Origin: Candidatus Saganbacteria bacterium
GTDB lineage: Bacteria > Margulisbacteria > WOR-1 > XYC2-FULL-46-14 > WPAF01
Assembly: GCA_009772965.1 (NCBI GenBank)
Contig: WPAF01000007.1
Location: 14,379-78,378 of the forward strand
Length of the DNA: 64,000 nucleotides
Reading direction: 5' to 3'
The notes beneath the pieces are model-generated. The model did not search any database. It saw only the letters and a list, made by a program, of their open reading frames with translations, and was not told the origin of the DNA. Positions 10,055 to 19,655 of this stretch are shown one piece after another. The first letter of the stretch is position 1. Each line of letters opens with the position of its first letter. The position numbers were made by a program, and so were the translations under genes.

Positions 10055-10727
10055 CCAAGTCGTAAATTGTTTGTTGCCCCCGCAAAAGCCTGTTGTCCAT
10101 GGTATATCTTGTGGGTCTAATTTTCCCTTTTAAATCTTTGATCTGGTCTAAGGTCATTATTTTGAGAAGCTCTCCAGAAAGAGTATAATATTCAAATTTC
10201 AAAGGCATATTATTGCTCTTTTCCACCCAGCATTTGATCCTATCATAAGTAATATTGCCCTCTTTAGCCTTTAAATCCAACAAATAGCAGGGTGTTTTGT
10301 TGAGCTTCTCTTCTCCCATTAATCTGATCGTGTAATCTTTTAAAAAATCTATCCCTAAAATATCACTATTAGAAAAATCTGTCCCAGACAAGCTTTGTCG
10401 TCCGGAAACCTTAATGCTTTTTTCAATGTTTGGCAGGTAATACCAAACATTCTCTTTATTTTTTAAGTAGCCAGTCCCCCTTTCTTTGGCTGGAGCCAGG
10501 AATTTAGCCAGAGTTTTTTCTTTGCCCTTTGCCCAGACTTTAAGACGAAACCTTTTATCTTCTTGTCCCGGCTTCTTTGCCAATAGGTCACAAGTAAGAA
10601 TCGCTGCTTGATCAGAGATGATTTTGTCTGCCTCGCGCATAATCGTGTTTGGATCTAAAGCACATACGTAATTTCCTGAAAATAACAAAAATAAAAATAC
10701 TATATGTATTAACATTTTCTTTTTCAC
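9981..10727 (-). CDS. LolA-like periplasmic lipoprotein-carrier fold protein (outer-membrane lipoprotein-sorting protein family)
   Basis: Signal peptide MKKKMLIHIVFLFLLFSGNYVCA. 248 aa. Co-located with FtsX-type ABC permeases as in LolA_like/DUF4367 families. Confidence 0.55.
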   Translation of the reverse strand: MKKKMLIHIVFLFLLFSGNYVCALDPNTIMREADKIISDQAAILTCDLLAKKPGQEDKRFRLKVWAKGKEKTLAKFLAPAKERGTGYLKNKENVWYYLPNIEKSIKVSGRQSLSGTDFSNSDILGIDFLKDYTIRLMGEEKLNKTPCYLLDLKAKEGNITYDRIKCWVEKSNNMPLKFEYYTLSGELLKIMTLDQIKDLKGKIRPTRYTMDNRLLRGQQTIYDLVDIEYLENLSDNVFTIRYMEKASE

Positions 10728-11956
10728 TTCCTTAATAATTTAATCGGGATCCGAGAAAGATATGCCCAGGTCGGATAGAGGGTTGCCAATATCGTTGTTA
10801 GATTAACAAATAGAAAAGTAAAGATCAAATTGCCCGCAGTAAGATGAAACCTAATTTGAGCCCCCCCAAACATATAAGTTAATGCCATGGAATTTAAAGG
10901 GATTCCTTGGAAAGAAAGAAACAGGGAAATAGCGGAGCCAAACAGTATTCCTAGAATAGAAAAGAACACACTGAGCAAAAGAGATTCAAACAATAGCAAG
11001 CCAAGGATTTGTTTTTTGAAGATGCCAATGGCCAGCATTGTTCCAATTTCTGTTTTTTTATATCGAATAGACATTAGAACCGAGTTTATTACAGTCAATG
11101 CCGAAATAAGCACAATAATTATGCATAAGACCCAGATCGACAATTTATTTGCCATAATAATCCCATATTCAAAAGTTCCCAGGGCTTTGTAATCTTTGAT
11201 CAGATAAATATTAGAGTCGAGTTTGGTTTTGAGATATTGGTAAGCGCTGCTAACATCCTTCTCATCACTTAAAGTGATTTGTAGCGCCTGAACCTTGTCA
11301 AAAGTGTTGGCCAATCGTTGTAAAGAGCCGGTATCAGTATATCCAACATTATCTAACCAAGGAATGGGTTCATGGTAAATCCCAGTAACAGTAAAAACGT
11401 CGGCATTGGTTCCCCCTTCTCTCATCTCTGTCATCAATGAAATCTTGTCTTTAGTCTTAACTCGGAGTTTGCTAGCTAATGTTTGACTGAGCACGATTTG
11501 ATTTTTTAAAGGCTGATCAAATATTTTTCCTTCATTAAATTTGAAGAGCTTAACAAATCGATTGGTTTCTTTGAAATCTATATTGCTTAGGTAGCCGACA
11601 AAGGCCTTGTTATATCCATAATATTGAGTAACAATCAGATATTTATATTTAAATAAAATGGTTTTTTTTGGGGGGGGGAGCTTTTTCAGGGTCTTCAGCT
11701 CAATCGCGTCAGATAAGGGGGGTAAAAGGTTAATAGGTGCTTCTAAGTCGTAATTAAGCAATGTTTTTTTTGTAATTTGAATGTGGCCGGTTTGGAGAGA
11801 AATCATATTATCGATAATTTGTCTGGAAAGTCCTGCGCCAAAAGAATTGGCAATAATAATGATGGAAGCGCTTGCAAAAATTGCCAGCCCAGTATATAAA
11901 GATAAATTACGATGGCGAAATATGTTTTTAAATACCAGGTTGAAAAACTTTATCAT
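10724..11956 (-). CDS. ABC transporter permease, FtsX/MacB family
   Basis: 410 aa. N-terminal TM helix, large periplasmic domain, then a C-terminal 3-TM FtsX domain (IRYKKTEIGTMLAIG). Confidence 0.8.
   Translation of the reverse strand: MIKFFNLVFKNIFRHRNLSLYTGLAIFASASIIIIANSFGAGLSRQIIDNMISLQTGHIQITKKTLLNYDLEAPINLLPPLSDAIELKTLKKLPPPKKTILFKYKYLIVTQYYGYNKAFVGYLSNIDFKETNRFVKLFKFNEGKIFDQPLKNQIVLSQTLASKLRVKTKDKISLMTEMREGGTNADVFTVTGIYHEPIPWLDNVGYTDTGSLQRLANTFDKVQALQITLSDEKDVSSAYQYLKTKLDSNIYLIKDYKALGTFEYGIIMANKLSIWVLCIIIVLISALTVINSVLMSIRYKKTEIGTMLAIGIFKKQILGLLLFESLLLSVFFSILGILFGSAISLFLSFQGIPLNSMALTYMFGGAQIRFHLTAGNLIFTFLFVNLTTILATLYPTWAYLSRIPIKLLRK
11662..11680. repeat. Homopolymer tract T9 then G10 inside the FtsX permease coding sequence. 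It encodes KKLPPPKK on the minus strand
   Basis: Read directly: gttttttttt gggggggggg at 11661-11680. Confidence 0.9.
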
Positions 11957-11964
11957 TTTTTTAT

Positions 11965-13194
11965 TTAGTCCGCATATAAAAGATCGATTATTTTGTAACG
12001 ATTAATTTTACGAATGGAATAATAAGCAGTAACAGCAACTAAAAGATTAATGGAGACCACCGGCACAATGATTCCTGAAATTGTTAACATAGGCCTTAAG
12101 CAATCTCCGCCAAATAAGAATTTTAATGCCCCGATATAAGCAGGAATCCCAATATTATAAATAATTAGAGAGAAAAAAAGGCCCGCTAATGCGCCTATAA
12201 CTGAAAATATAAAAGAAATAAAAACTATCTCAAGAGAAAATAAATGTCGTATTGTTTTTTGGGATAGGCCCATTGCTAGCATTATTCCAATTTCATTCTG
12301 GCGTTCATATAGATTCATATTAACATTATTAACAATGCTAAAAATGATAATAATCAATATTATAACAACTCCAATATAACCAATAATTCGATTGGCAACG
12401 GCTAAAACTTCAAACGATCCCCCCAGTTCTTTCCAGGTGTAGGCTCTGGCCTCATGGCCGGTTTGCTCAAATCTTGTGTTTATTGATTTGGCTGTTTGAT
12501 CCAAATTTGTGTGCTTTGGGAATTTTAGCGCTAAACTAAGGGTTTGGTTGTCCAAGCGCATAAGTTCATTAAACCCTTTTTGGTTCATCCAGACATTCCA
12601 TTGTTGGAAAGGGGTTCCGGACGCAAGCCCTACAAACTGGGCTTTAACTGCGGAAATAGAACCATCTGCGGCTTGAGTAAAGAATATAATGGCCTCCCCA
12701 ATCTTAAAATTAAAAAATTTCCTTGCACCTTCAGCAATCATGACCTCCGGCTTCTCTTCATTAAAATAACGCCCTTGCTTCACTTTTATTTCTGGGAAGA
12801 TATTTTGCCCCTTATTCGCCTCAAATGTTTCAATAAAAACCCAATCCAGCCGATCTTTATGGCTAACCATGGAACTTACGTAAGCCTTAGTTGTTATGCC
12901 GACAATGTCTGGGAATAGTGTTTTTAAGCTTTTTATGAGCTCTTTTTTATTGTTCAGGAATTCGAGATTGTTTTGAGGTGATCCAAGGGAAATACCGGCG
13001 GGATTGTTCAGGGAAGAAAAAATAAGGATATCGCCAGTTGATGAATCAATTAATGTCCGAGTGAGGTTTGTTTGAATGGCATGATTATAGGCATTGCTGA
13101 AAATCATTAATGCGCTACAGAGAACAATCGTTAAACCTAAAAGAAAAGACTGTTTTTTATGCCGGAATATATTTGCCCAACTTAACTTTATCAC
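11965..13194 (-). CDS. ABC transporter permease, FtsX/MacB family (second copy)
   Basis: 409 aa, same architecture. C-terminal FtsX motif RQNEIGIMLAMG. Confidence 0.8.
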   Translation of the reverse strand: MIKLSWANIFRHKKQSFLLGLTIVLCSALMIFSNAYNHAIQTNLTRTLIDSSTGDILIFSSLNNPAGISLGSPQNNLEFLNNKKELIKSLKTLFPDIVGITTKAYVSSMVSHKDRLDWVFIETFEANKGQNIFPEIKVKQGRYFNEEKPEVMIAEGARKFFNFKIGEAIIFFTQAADGSISAVKAQFVGLASGTPFQQWNVWMNQKGFNELMRLDNQTLSLALKFPKHTNLDQTAKSINTRFEQTGHEARAYTWKELGGSFEVLAVANRIIGYIGVVIILIIIIFSIVNNVNMNLYERQNEIGIMLAMGLSQKTIRHLFSLEIVFISFIFSVIGALAGLFFSLIIYNIGIPAYIGALKFLFGGDCLRPMLTISGIIVPVVSINLLVAVTAYYSIRKINRYKIIDLLYAD

Positions 13195-14132
13195 GGAGAA
13201 GATAGCTCGCTAACAAATTTTGTAACAATTTGATTGAACTCTGCGGGTTTTTCTTCGTGGGGTAAATGACCGGCGTTTTCGAGTATTTCAAATTGCGCTT
13301 GTGGAAAAAAGACTTGAAACCTTCTAGCCATTTCCATTGGATGCCAAGGATCTTTGTCTCCCCAAACAATAAGTGCCGGCATAGTTATTTTTGCAAGGTC
13401 AATATTACGAGGATCATGTTGCCTAGTTTCGCGCAAAGAAGCGCGGTTAGAACCAGGTAAGGTTAGTGGTTTATAAATGGCCTCTACCATTTCCTCTGTT
13501 ACCAATCTTTTATCATGGAATATTTCTAATAATTGTCGCCTAACCATCCATCGGTTATTTAAGGCCATCATTATTTCGCCTAAAATGGGAACCTTTAAAA
13601 TATCCCAAAGCAGCGGACGATCATGGGAAATTCCACACGAAGAGACAAGAACAATGCCACTTACAAGGTCAGGGCGACTGCTGGCTAAATCAAGGACGAA
13701 GGCTCCTCCGGCAGAACTGCCAATTAAAACTGTTTTTGTAACTTTTCGAGAGGCAAGAAAGGCTTCAATAAAATCAGCCATTGCCCGTATGCTATACCGT
13801 CCTCTTGGTCTCTCACTATAGCCAAAACCTTTAAGATCAAGGGCAAGGGTTCTGAAGTTTTGGGACAAAGGATATAGGTTATTGCGCCACGTATACATCC
13901 AACTTTGAGCGCCGTGAATAAGGGTTATGGGAGAGCCTTGACCAATATCAATATAATGGGTTGCCAGTCCTTTAATAATATCAAATTGCGTAGACAGACT
14001 AATTCTTTGGCCTTGGCTATTAAGAACCGTTAATTCTTTTGGCCGTACTTGCGACAATGCTTTTTGCCGAGGCAGCATAGGAACGGATCCTGGATTATGG
14101 CTAACTATTGCTGGGATATTACCATTTGACAT
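13191..14132 (-). CDS. Alpha/beta-fold hydrolase
   Basis: HGAQSW in the oxyanion region and a GSSAGG nucleophile-elbow-like motif; 313 aa. Confidence 0.75.
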   Translation of the reverse strand: MSNGNIPAIVSHNPGSVPMLPRQKALSQVRPKELTVLNSQGQRISLSTQFDIIKGLATHYIDIGQGSPITLIHGAQSWMYTWRNNLYPLSQNFRTLALDLKGFGYSERPRGRYSIRAMADFIEAFLASRKVTKTVLIGSSAGGAFVLDLASSRPDLVSGIVLVSSCGISHDRPLLWDILKVPILGEIMMALNNRWMVRRQLLEIFHDKRLVTEEMVEAIYKPLTLPGSNRASLRETRQHDPRNIDLAKITMPALIVWGDKDPWHPMEMARRFQVFFPQAQFEILENAGHLPHEEKPAEFNQIVTKFVSELSSP

Positions 14133-14152
14133 TTCTTAACATATACAATATC

Positions 14153-14164
14153 ATTCATATGAAT
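14153..14164. promoter_or_regulatory. Perfect 12-bp palindrome ATTCATATGAAT, candidate ArsR operator
   Basis: Lies in the 73-bp divergent intergenic region directly upstream of arsR. ArsR/SmtB repressors bind dyad-symmetric operators overlapping their own promoters. Confidence 0.35.
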
Positions 14165-14205
14165 GTTTTGTCAACTATTGATCTGAATCTAAATAAAGTA
14201 ACTTT

Positions 14206-14517
14206 ATGAAAAAGTTAAAGCAAAATCAAAATAAAATGCTAGACAAATTGGAGGATATCTTTAAAGTTTTAGCGGATGTCACGCGTATTCAAATAATACT
14301 AGCTTTAGCCGAGCAAAGCCGAAGCGTGAATGCTTTAGTTGAGATTGTAGGCACAAGCCAATCTAATGTTTCCCATCAATTACGCCTATTAAAAAACAAA
14401 AACCTTGTAATAGCTGAACGAAAAGGAAAGAAGATATATTATTCTGTGACTTGCCAACACCTTGTTAACACATTAGATAATCTCCTGGCCCATATTGGCC
14501 ACGAAGGTAAAGACTAA
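14206..14517 (+). CDS. ArsR/SmtB family metalloregulatory transcriptional repressor
   Basis: 103 aa. LKVLADVTRIQIILALAEQSRSVNALVEIVGTSQSNVSHQLRLLK is a winged HTH of the ArsR family. Confidence 0.85.
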   Translation: MKKLKQNQNKMLDKLEDIFKVLADVTRIQIILALAEQSRSVNALVEIVGTSQSNVSHQLRLLKNKNLVIAERKGKKIYYSVTCQHLVNTLDNLLAHIGHEGKD

Positions 14518-16657
14518 AGCTATGTCCCAATGTAGTTGTTCTAGCCGCCAACCCTTATGCTCTTTCCCGCAAACGGAACAATCAGGGGGTAGATTAGAAA
14601 AAATAGTCTTTGAATTACAAAATATCCATTGTTTAGATTGCTCCTCATTTATTGAATCATATCTCCTACATTTTCCAGGTGTAATTGAGGCTAAAGCTAA
14701 TTTTGTTTTAAATAGTATAGCCATTAAATACGACCCTTTACGCATTACTCCAGAGGGATTAAAAAGAGCCTTGCGGCAACCCGGCTTTGAACTTCCGCAA
14801 AATATTTTTATTAAAGGGTTTACATATTATGACCATTACCAAGAGATAATCCATACAATTTTAACTGGTTTGTTTTTACTTTGTTCATTTATGTTCTCTA
14901 AAATAGTTCCCCCAAGCTTATTTGCCGGCCTCTTTTCTATCTTAGCTGTATTTATTGGAGGATTTCCAATATTCTTAAATGCTTTTTTAGCGTTGCGCAT
15001 ATTTAAACTTAATGCCAATAGTTTAGTCTCGCTGGCCTCGGTCAGTGCGCTGCTTCATGGCGATTTTTTCGAAGCAGGTTTGGTCATTTTTATTATGCTG
15101 TTGGGGGAATCTTTAGAAGAGTTTACTTTGACCAAAACTAAGAAGGCAATCTCTTCGATCGTAAAAGGAATGCCGCAATGGGCCATTATCAAAGTAAATG
15201 GAGAAGAAAAAAAAGTTGCTGTTAATTCCCTTAAAAAGGATGATGTTGTTATTATTCGGCCAGGGATATATCTTCCAGCTGATGGAACAATTGTTTCGGG
15301 GGAAGGTTGCTTAAATGAGGCGGCCCTTACCGGGGAATCTCTCCCTATAACCAAAACCATAGGGGATCAAGTCTATGGTGGAACAATTAGTGAAAACGGA
15401 GCCTTTGAAGTGCGGCTTGACAAAGTTGGAGAAGACACCATTTTAGCTAAAGTTAAAAATCTTATTCTTCAGGCGGAAAACAGCCGCGTCCCCAGTGAAA
15501 GGGTTGCTGATCATTTTGCACAATATTTCGTTCCAGTGGTTCTTATTTTAGCCGCGGGGATCTTTTTAATTACCAACGATATTAGCAGGGCTTTAACGGT
15601 ATTGATTGTTGCTTGTCCTTGTGCCCTCATTATTGGAATACCGACTGCAATTATAGCTGGAATTGGCAAAGCGGCGCAAAATGGAATACTTATTAGAGGG
15701 GGAGAATTTTTAGAGAAAATTTCTTCTTGTAATGCTATTTATTTTGATAAAACCGGAACATTAACACATGGAAAATTAGCAATTCATCAGATTGTTGTGA
15801 ACGACGGATACGAAGAAAAAGATGTGGTTGCTTATGCCGCTTTAGCTGAAAAAAGATCAGAACATAAGATTGCTGAAGCCCTTCGTTGTTATGCTGAAAA
15901 AAAACATCTTTCTATCCCTGATCCTGAAAAATTTCAGACTTATGGCGGCAAAGGGGTCAAAGTGGTTTATCAGGGACAAGAAATTGTTAGCGGCAATGAT
16001 CAACTTTTAAAAGAATTAGATATCCAGCTGATAAATTTTAACAATGATCAAAAAATATATGGCACAAAAATTAATGTGGCTATAGATCAGAAACATGTTG
16101 GCAGCCTTTACCTTACCGATCAACCAAAAGATGAGGTGTCAACAGTGTTCAAGCAGCTTAAGGGGCTTGGCATACAGGAAATAGGCGTAATTACTGGAGA
16201 CAGGGTCGAAGCGGCTAGATTTCTAGAAAAAACTCTCCCAGCAAACTATATTCATTCTGACCTTTTGCCTGGCCAAAAACACGCGCTTATTAAGCACTGC
16301 CAAGAACAGGGGAAGAAAGTTATTATGGTTGGTGATGGGATTAATGATGGGTCTTCACTTGCACAGGCTGATGTTGGTATATCAATGGGGCAAATGGGAA
16401 CGGATTTAGCCATTGAGTGCTCAGATATTATTATTTCTTCTGACCGCCTTACAAAAATCCCCCAAGTTATTCAACTAAGCCGAAGAGTGGTTTCTATTAT
16501 CAAACAAAATATCGTTCTTGCGACTATTTTCAATTTGGTTATGATCCTTCTTTCTATGCTGGGCCTTGTTTCAATGATAATGGGGGCTGTTTTTCATCAA
16601 ATTAGTTCATTATTTGTAATATTTAACTCTATGCGAATTTTATTTTCTAGGAGGTAA
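14495..16657 (+). CDS. Heavy-metal translocating P1B-type ATPase
   Basis: N-terminal Cys-rich region with an HMA-like CLDC. TM CPC motif VACPCAL, phosphorylation site DKTGTLT, hinge GDGINDG. The start could be the ATG at ~14522. Confidence 0.9.
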   Translation: MATKVKTKAMSQCSCSSRQPLCSFPQTEQSGGRLEKIVFELQNIHCLDCSSFIESYLLHFPGVIEAKANFVLNSIAIKYDPLRITPEGLKRALRQPGFELPQNIFIKGFTYYDHYQEIIHTILTGLFLLCSFMFSKIVPPSLFAGLFSILAVFIGGFPIFLNAFLALRIFKLNANSLVSLASVSALLHGDFFEAGLVIFIMLLGESLEEFTLTKTKKAISSIVKGMPQWAIIKVNGEEKKVAVNSLKKDDVVIIRPGIYLPADGTIVSGEGCLNEAALTGESLPITKTIGDQVYGGTISENGAFEVRLDKVGEDTILAKVKNLILQAENSRVPSERVADHFAQYFVPVVLILAAGIFLITNDISRALTVLIVACPCALIIGIPTAIIAGIGKAAQNGILIRGGEFLEKISSCNAIYFDKTGTLTHGKLAIHQIVVNDGYEEKDVVAYAALAEKRSEHKIAEALRCYAEKKHLSIPDPEKFQTYGGKGVKVVYQGQEIVSGNDQLLKELDIQLINFNNDQKIYGTKINVAIDQKHVGSLYLTDQPKDEVSTVFKQLKGLGIQEIGVITGDRVEAARFLEKTLPANYIHSDLLPGQKHALIKHCQEQGKKVIMVGDGINDGSSLAQADVGISMGQMGTDLAIECSDIIISSDRLTKIPQVIQLSRRVVSIIKQNIVLATIFNLVMILLSMLGLVSMIMGAVFHQISSLFVIFNSMRILFSRR

Positions 16658-16662
16658 TCAGT

Positions 16663-18132
16663 ATGAACAGCAAAAAAGAAACACCAAAAAGGACAAAAAG
16701 TGACAAAATATTTTACGACCTAACACGAAGTTGCTGCCCCGTATGCCTAAAGCTAATAGATGCCCAGATCTACTTTGAAAATAATTGCGTTTTTTTAGAA
16801 AAACACTGTCCAGCCCATGGCTCAACAAAAGTGTTAGTATCAACAAATATTGAATGGTTTAAATATGTTCGTTCATATAGCGTCCCTTATTCTGTCCCAT
16901 TGCGTCTTACCTCCAAGCTAAACAAAGGCTGTCCAGAAGACTGTGGCCTTTGTTCAGAGCATCGACAACATACTTCAATTGGGGTTATTAGGGTAACAAA
17001 CCGTTGCGACTTGAACTGTCCAGTTTGTTGTGTCCATAATGCAAATAATTGGGATTTGCCGCTTTCCCAAGCTAAATATATGTTTGAGCAACTCCAGAAA
17101 TCTGAAGGAACGACTGAAATTGTTTCCATTTCAGGCGGCGAACCAACCCTGCATCCCCAAATTATTGATATTATTAATTATGCTTACAGCTGTAATGTAA
17201 CTCGTTGTACGCTTAGTAGTAATGGCATAAGAATTGCGGAAGATGAGGCTTTCGTTGAAGAACTGGCGAAGAGTAAGGCTTATATAAACTTATCCTTTGA
17301 TGGTTTTAATGCTAACGCTTACTTACAGTTGAGAGGGAAAGACTTGATTGCGATCAAATTAAAGGCTTTACAAAATCTTGAAAAATATAATATCCCGACC
17401 ACTTTAATCCCGACTATTGCTAAAGATATTAATGAAGATGAAATGGGACCTATTTTTGAATATGGCCTTTCTAAATCTTTTATCCGATCGTTACATATTC
17501 AACCTTTGACCCATATCGGTGCAGGGGGGAGGAATTTTAATGTGGATCTTTTGCAACATGTGACGACCAGTGATATTTTGCGGAAAATTGAAGAATACTT
17601 CAAGGGAAGAATCTCTGCCTATGATTTTGTGCCGGAGCCAAATGAATGTTTTTTAACCGGGCTTTTTTTAAAGGGGAGTCGGAGGGGTTTTATTTCTCTC
17701 TCAAGATTGGGGAATTTACATCCTTATCTTGATAAGTTCTTAAATGAACCAGCGCTTTCAGATAAAGACGTTAAGCGAATAATTATGGAAATATCCATGA
17801 ATATGCTTATGCCAAAAACCGCCATAAACAAGAACACTTCATTGAGAGAAAAAATAACCTATATCTCCCCACTGCTGGCTTTATCCAAGAAAATAGCTCA
17901 AACCTATTTTACTACTCCTAAGAAACAACTTGGTTTTGTTTTGTCAAATTTATTAGAAGAAAAAATGTTACTAGTTAATTTCCATACCATGATGGATAAA
18001 TATAGTTTTGATCAAAAAAGATTAGTTCAATGCTCCCATCATAGTGTTACTACGGATGGCCAATTAATTCCTGAATGTGCTGACACTCTTTTCCATTCAA
18101 AATTTTCAGAAAGAAATTTACTAAAAAAATGA
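16663..18132 (+). CDS. Radical SAM protein with a Cys-rich N-terminal zinc-ribbon-like extension; function unknown
   Basis: Two adjacent CxxxCxxC motifs, CPEDCGLC and CDLNCPVC, then a GGEP-type SAM-binding motif ISGGEPTLHP. N-terminus CCPVC...C...CPAHG. Strong RBS 6 nt after the ATPase stop. Confidence 0.85.
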   Translation: MNSKKETPKRTKSDKIFYDLTRSCCPVCLKLIDAQIYFENNCVFLEKHCPAHGSTKVLVSTNIEWFKYVRSYSVPYSVPLRLTSKLNKGCPEDCGLCSEHRQHTSIGVIRVTNRCDLNCPVCCVHNANNWDLPLSQAKYMFEQLQKSEGTTEIVSISGGEPTLHPQIIDIINYAYSCNVTRCTLSSNGIRIAEDEAFVEELAKSKAYINLSFDGFNANAYLQLRGKDLIAIKLKALQNLEKYNIPTTLIPTIAKDINEDEMGPIFEYGLSKSFIRSLHIQPLTHIGAGGRNFNVDLLQHVTTSDILRKIEEYFKGRISAYDFVPEPNECFLTGLFLKGSRRGFISLSRLGNLHPYLDKFLNEPALSDKDVKRIIMEISMNMLMPKTAINKNTSLREKITYISPLLALSKKIAQTYFTTPKKQLGFVLSNLLEEKMLLVNFHTMMDKYSFDQKRLVQCSHHSVTTDGQLIPECADTLFHSKFSERNLLKK

Positions 18133-19655
18133 AGGCTAACCCAAAAATATTATATTTGCGCTCTGCTTGGCAAGCACTTTATCCGGTGGGGGTCATACAG
18201 TTAATCGATTATTTGCATAAAAAATACCCCTTTTGCCAGCAAAAATTATTAGATTTAACTTTATTCCCCAAAAAAGAGCGCTGGCAACAAATATTCAATG
18301 AGATTAAAGCTTTTCAACCAGATTTTATTTGTTATTCCTGGCGGGACATCCAGATTTTCTTGCCATCTACTGATGATAAAAAAACATTGGAATTAACCTT
18401 TAAAGCGCTCAATCCTCGCAATATAACAGACCTGGTTTTTGTTATTAGGCAATATTTTAGCAATTATTTAGCCTTCAATGGGCTTATTTATGAAAACCTT
18501 TACTATATAAAGAAAATCAGACAATGCTTTCCATCAATCTCTTTTATTCTTGGGGGAACCGCTTTCTCTCTTTTTGGCGAAGCCCTATTAAAAAAATGCC
18601 CAAATGGAACCATTGGCGTTGTTGGTGAAGGTGAGCCGGCTTTAGATAATATTATCTTTAAAGGGGATATTGACATTAACAATGTTCTTGTTAAGAAAAA
18701 TGGGAAGATAGCTCGCGGACAAAAGCCCGCATCCTGTCTAAACTTAGGTCAACAGACAAAAGGAATAGATTTTGAATATATATTTAATGAGGTGTTCCCA
18801 CAATTGGGATATTATTTTCAAAACCCTAATTCTTATATAGGGGTTCAGACAAAACGAGGTTGTTTGCAAAAATGCATCTTTTGTAATAGTAAGACCCTGG
18901 AAGGGGCTACCTTAAGATTTCGCCCAATTCAGGCGGTTATAGAAGATATAACTTGCCTAAATAAGAATTACGGGGTAAAAAATATATGGTTTACTGATTC
19001 CCAATTTATTTCCTCCGACGCCTGTCTAGTTAATAATGCACGACTTTTAGAAGAAATAATAATCCGACAATTAGACATAAAATGGAGCAGTTATATTCGT
19101 CTTGAAAGAATTGATAAAAAATTTGCTGAATTGTTGGTTAAGTCTGGGTTGGATGTTTTTGAGCTTTCTCTTACTTCTGGGTCACAAAGAATGGTAGATT
19201 TTCTAAAGCTCGGATTTTCGCTTAAGGATGTTTATCAAAAAGCAACACTGCTTAAAGAAGCCGGATTTCAGAATCGAGTAATTATTAATTATTCCCTTAA
19301 TGCGCCGGGAGAAACTAAAGCAAGCTTAATGGAAAGCGTGGTAAGCTATCAAAAATTGGTAGAAATTTTTGGATGGGAAAATGTATGGCCGGAAATTTTT
19401 TTTCTGGGGGTAACCAAAGGAAGTGAACTTGAGGAATATTTAATTCGAAATAAGAAAATTCCTCGGGACGGCGTAGAGCCATTAAAGCTAAATCTAAAAT
19501 CAGCCAAATATTCTGTTTATAATCCTCTGCCTTTCAACAAAGTATTTGCTAGACTATTTTTTGAAAGCCTTAAAGAGAAAAAGCTTTCTCCTGGTAAATA
19601 TATTATGGAAAATCTTGAGAAGGCTTTTGAAAGGATGCGAAAGGATCACGCATGA
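18129..19655 (+). CDS. B12-binding-domain (class B) radical SAM protein
   Basis: N-terminal Rossmann-like domain, then RGCLQKCIFC (CxxxCxxC); 508 aa. Start overlaps the upstream stop (ATGA). Confidence 0.75.
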   Translation: MKANPKILYLRSAWQALYPVGVIQLIDYLHKKYPFCQQKLLDLTLFPKKERWQQIFNEIKAFQPDFICYSWRDIQIFLPSTDDKKTLELTFKALNPRNITDLVFVIRQYFSNYLAFNGLIYENLYYIKKIRQCFPSISFILGGTAFSLFGEALLKKCPNGTIGVVGEGEPALDNIIFKGDIDINNVLVKKNGKIARGQKPASCLNLGQQTKGIDFEYIFNEVFPQLGYYFQNPNSYIGVQTKRGCLQKCIFCNSKTLEGATLRFRPIQAVIEDITCLNKNYGVKNIWFTDSQFISSDACLVNNARLLEEIIIRQLDIKWSSYIRLERIDKKFAELLVKSGLDVFELSLTSGSQRMVDFLKLGFSLKDVYQKATLLKEAGFQNRVIINYSLNAPGETKASLMESVVSYQKLVEIFGWENVWPEIFFLGVTKGSELEEYLIRNKKIPRDGVEPLKLNLKSAKYSVYNPLPFNKVFARLFFESLKEKKLSPGKYIMENLEKAFERMRKDHA

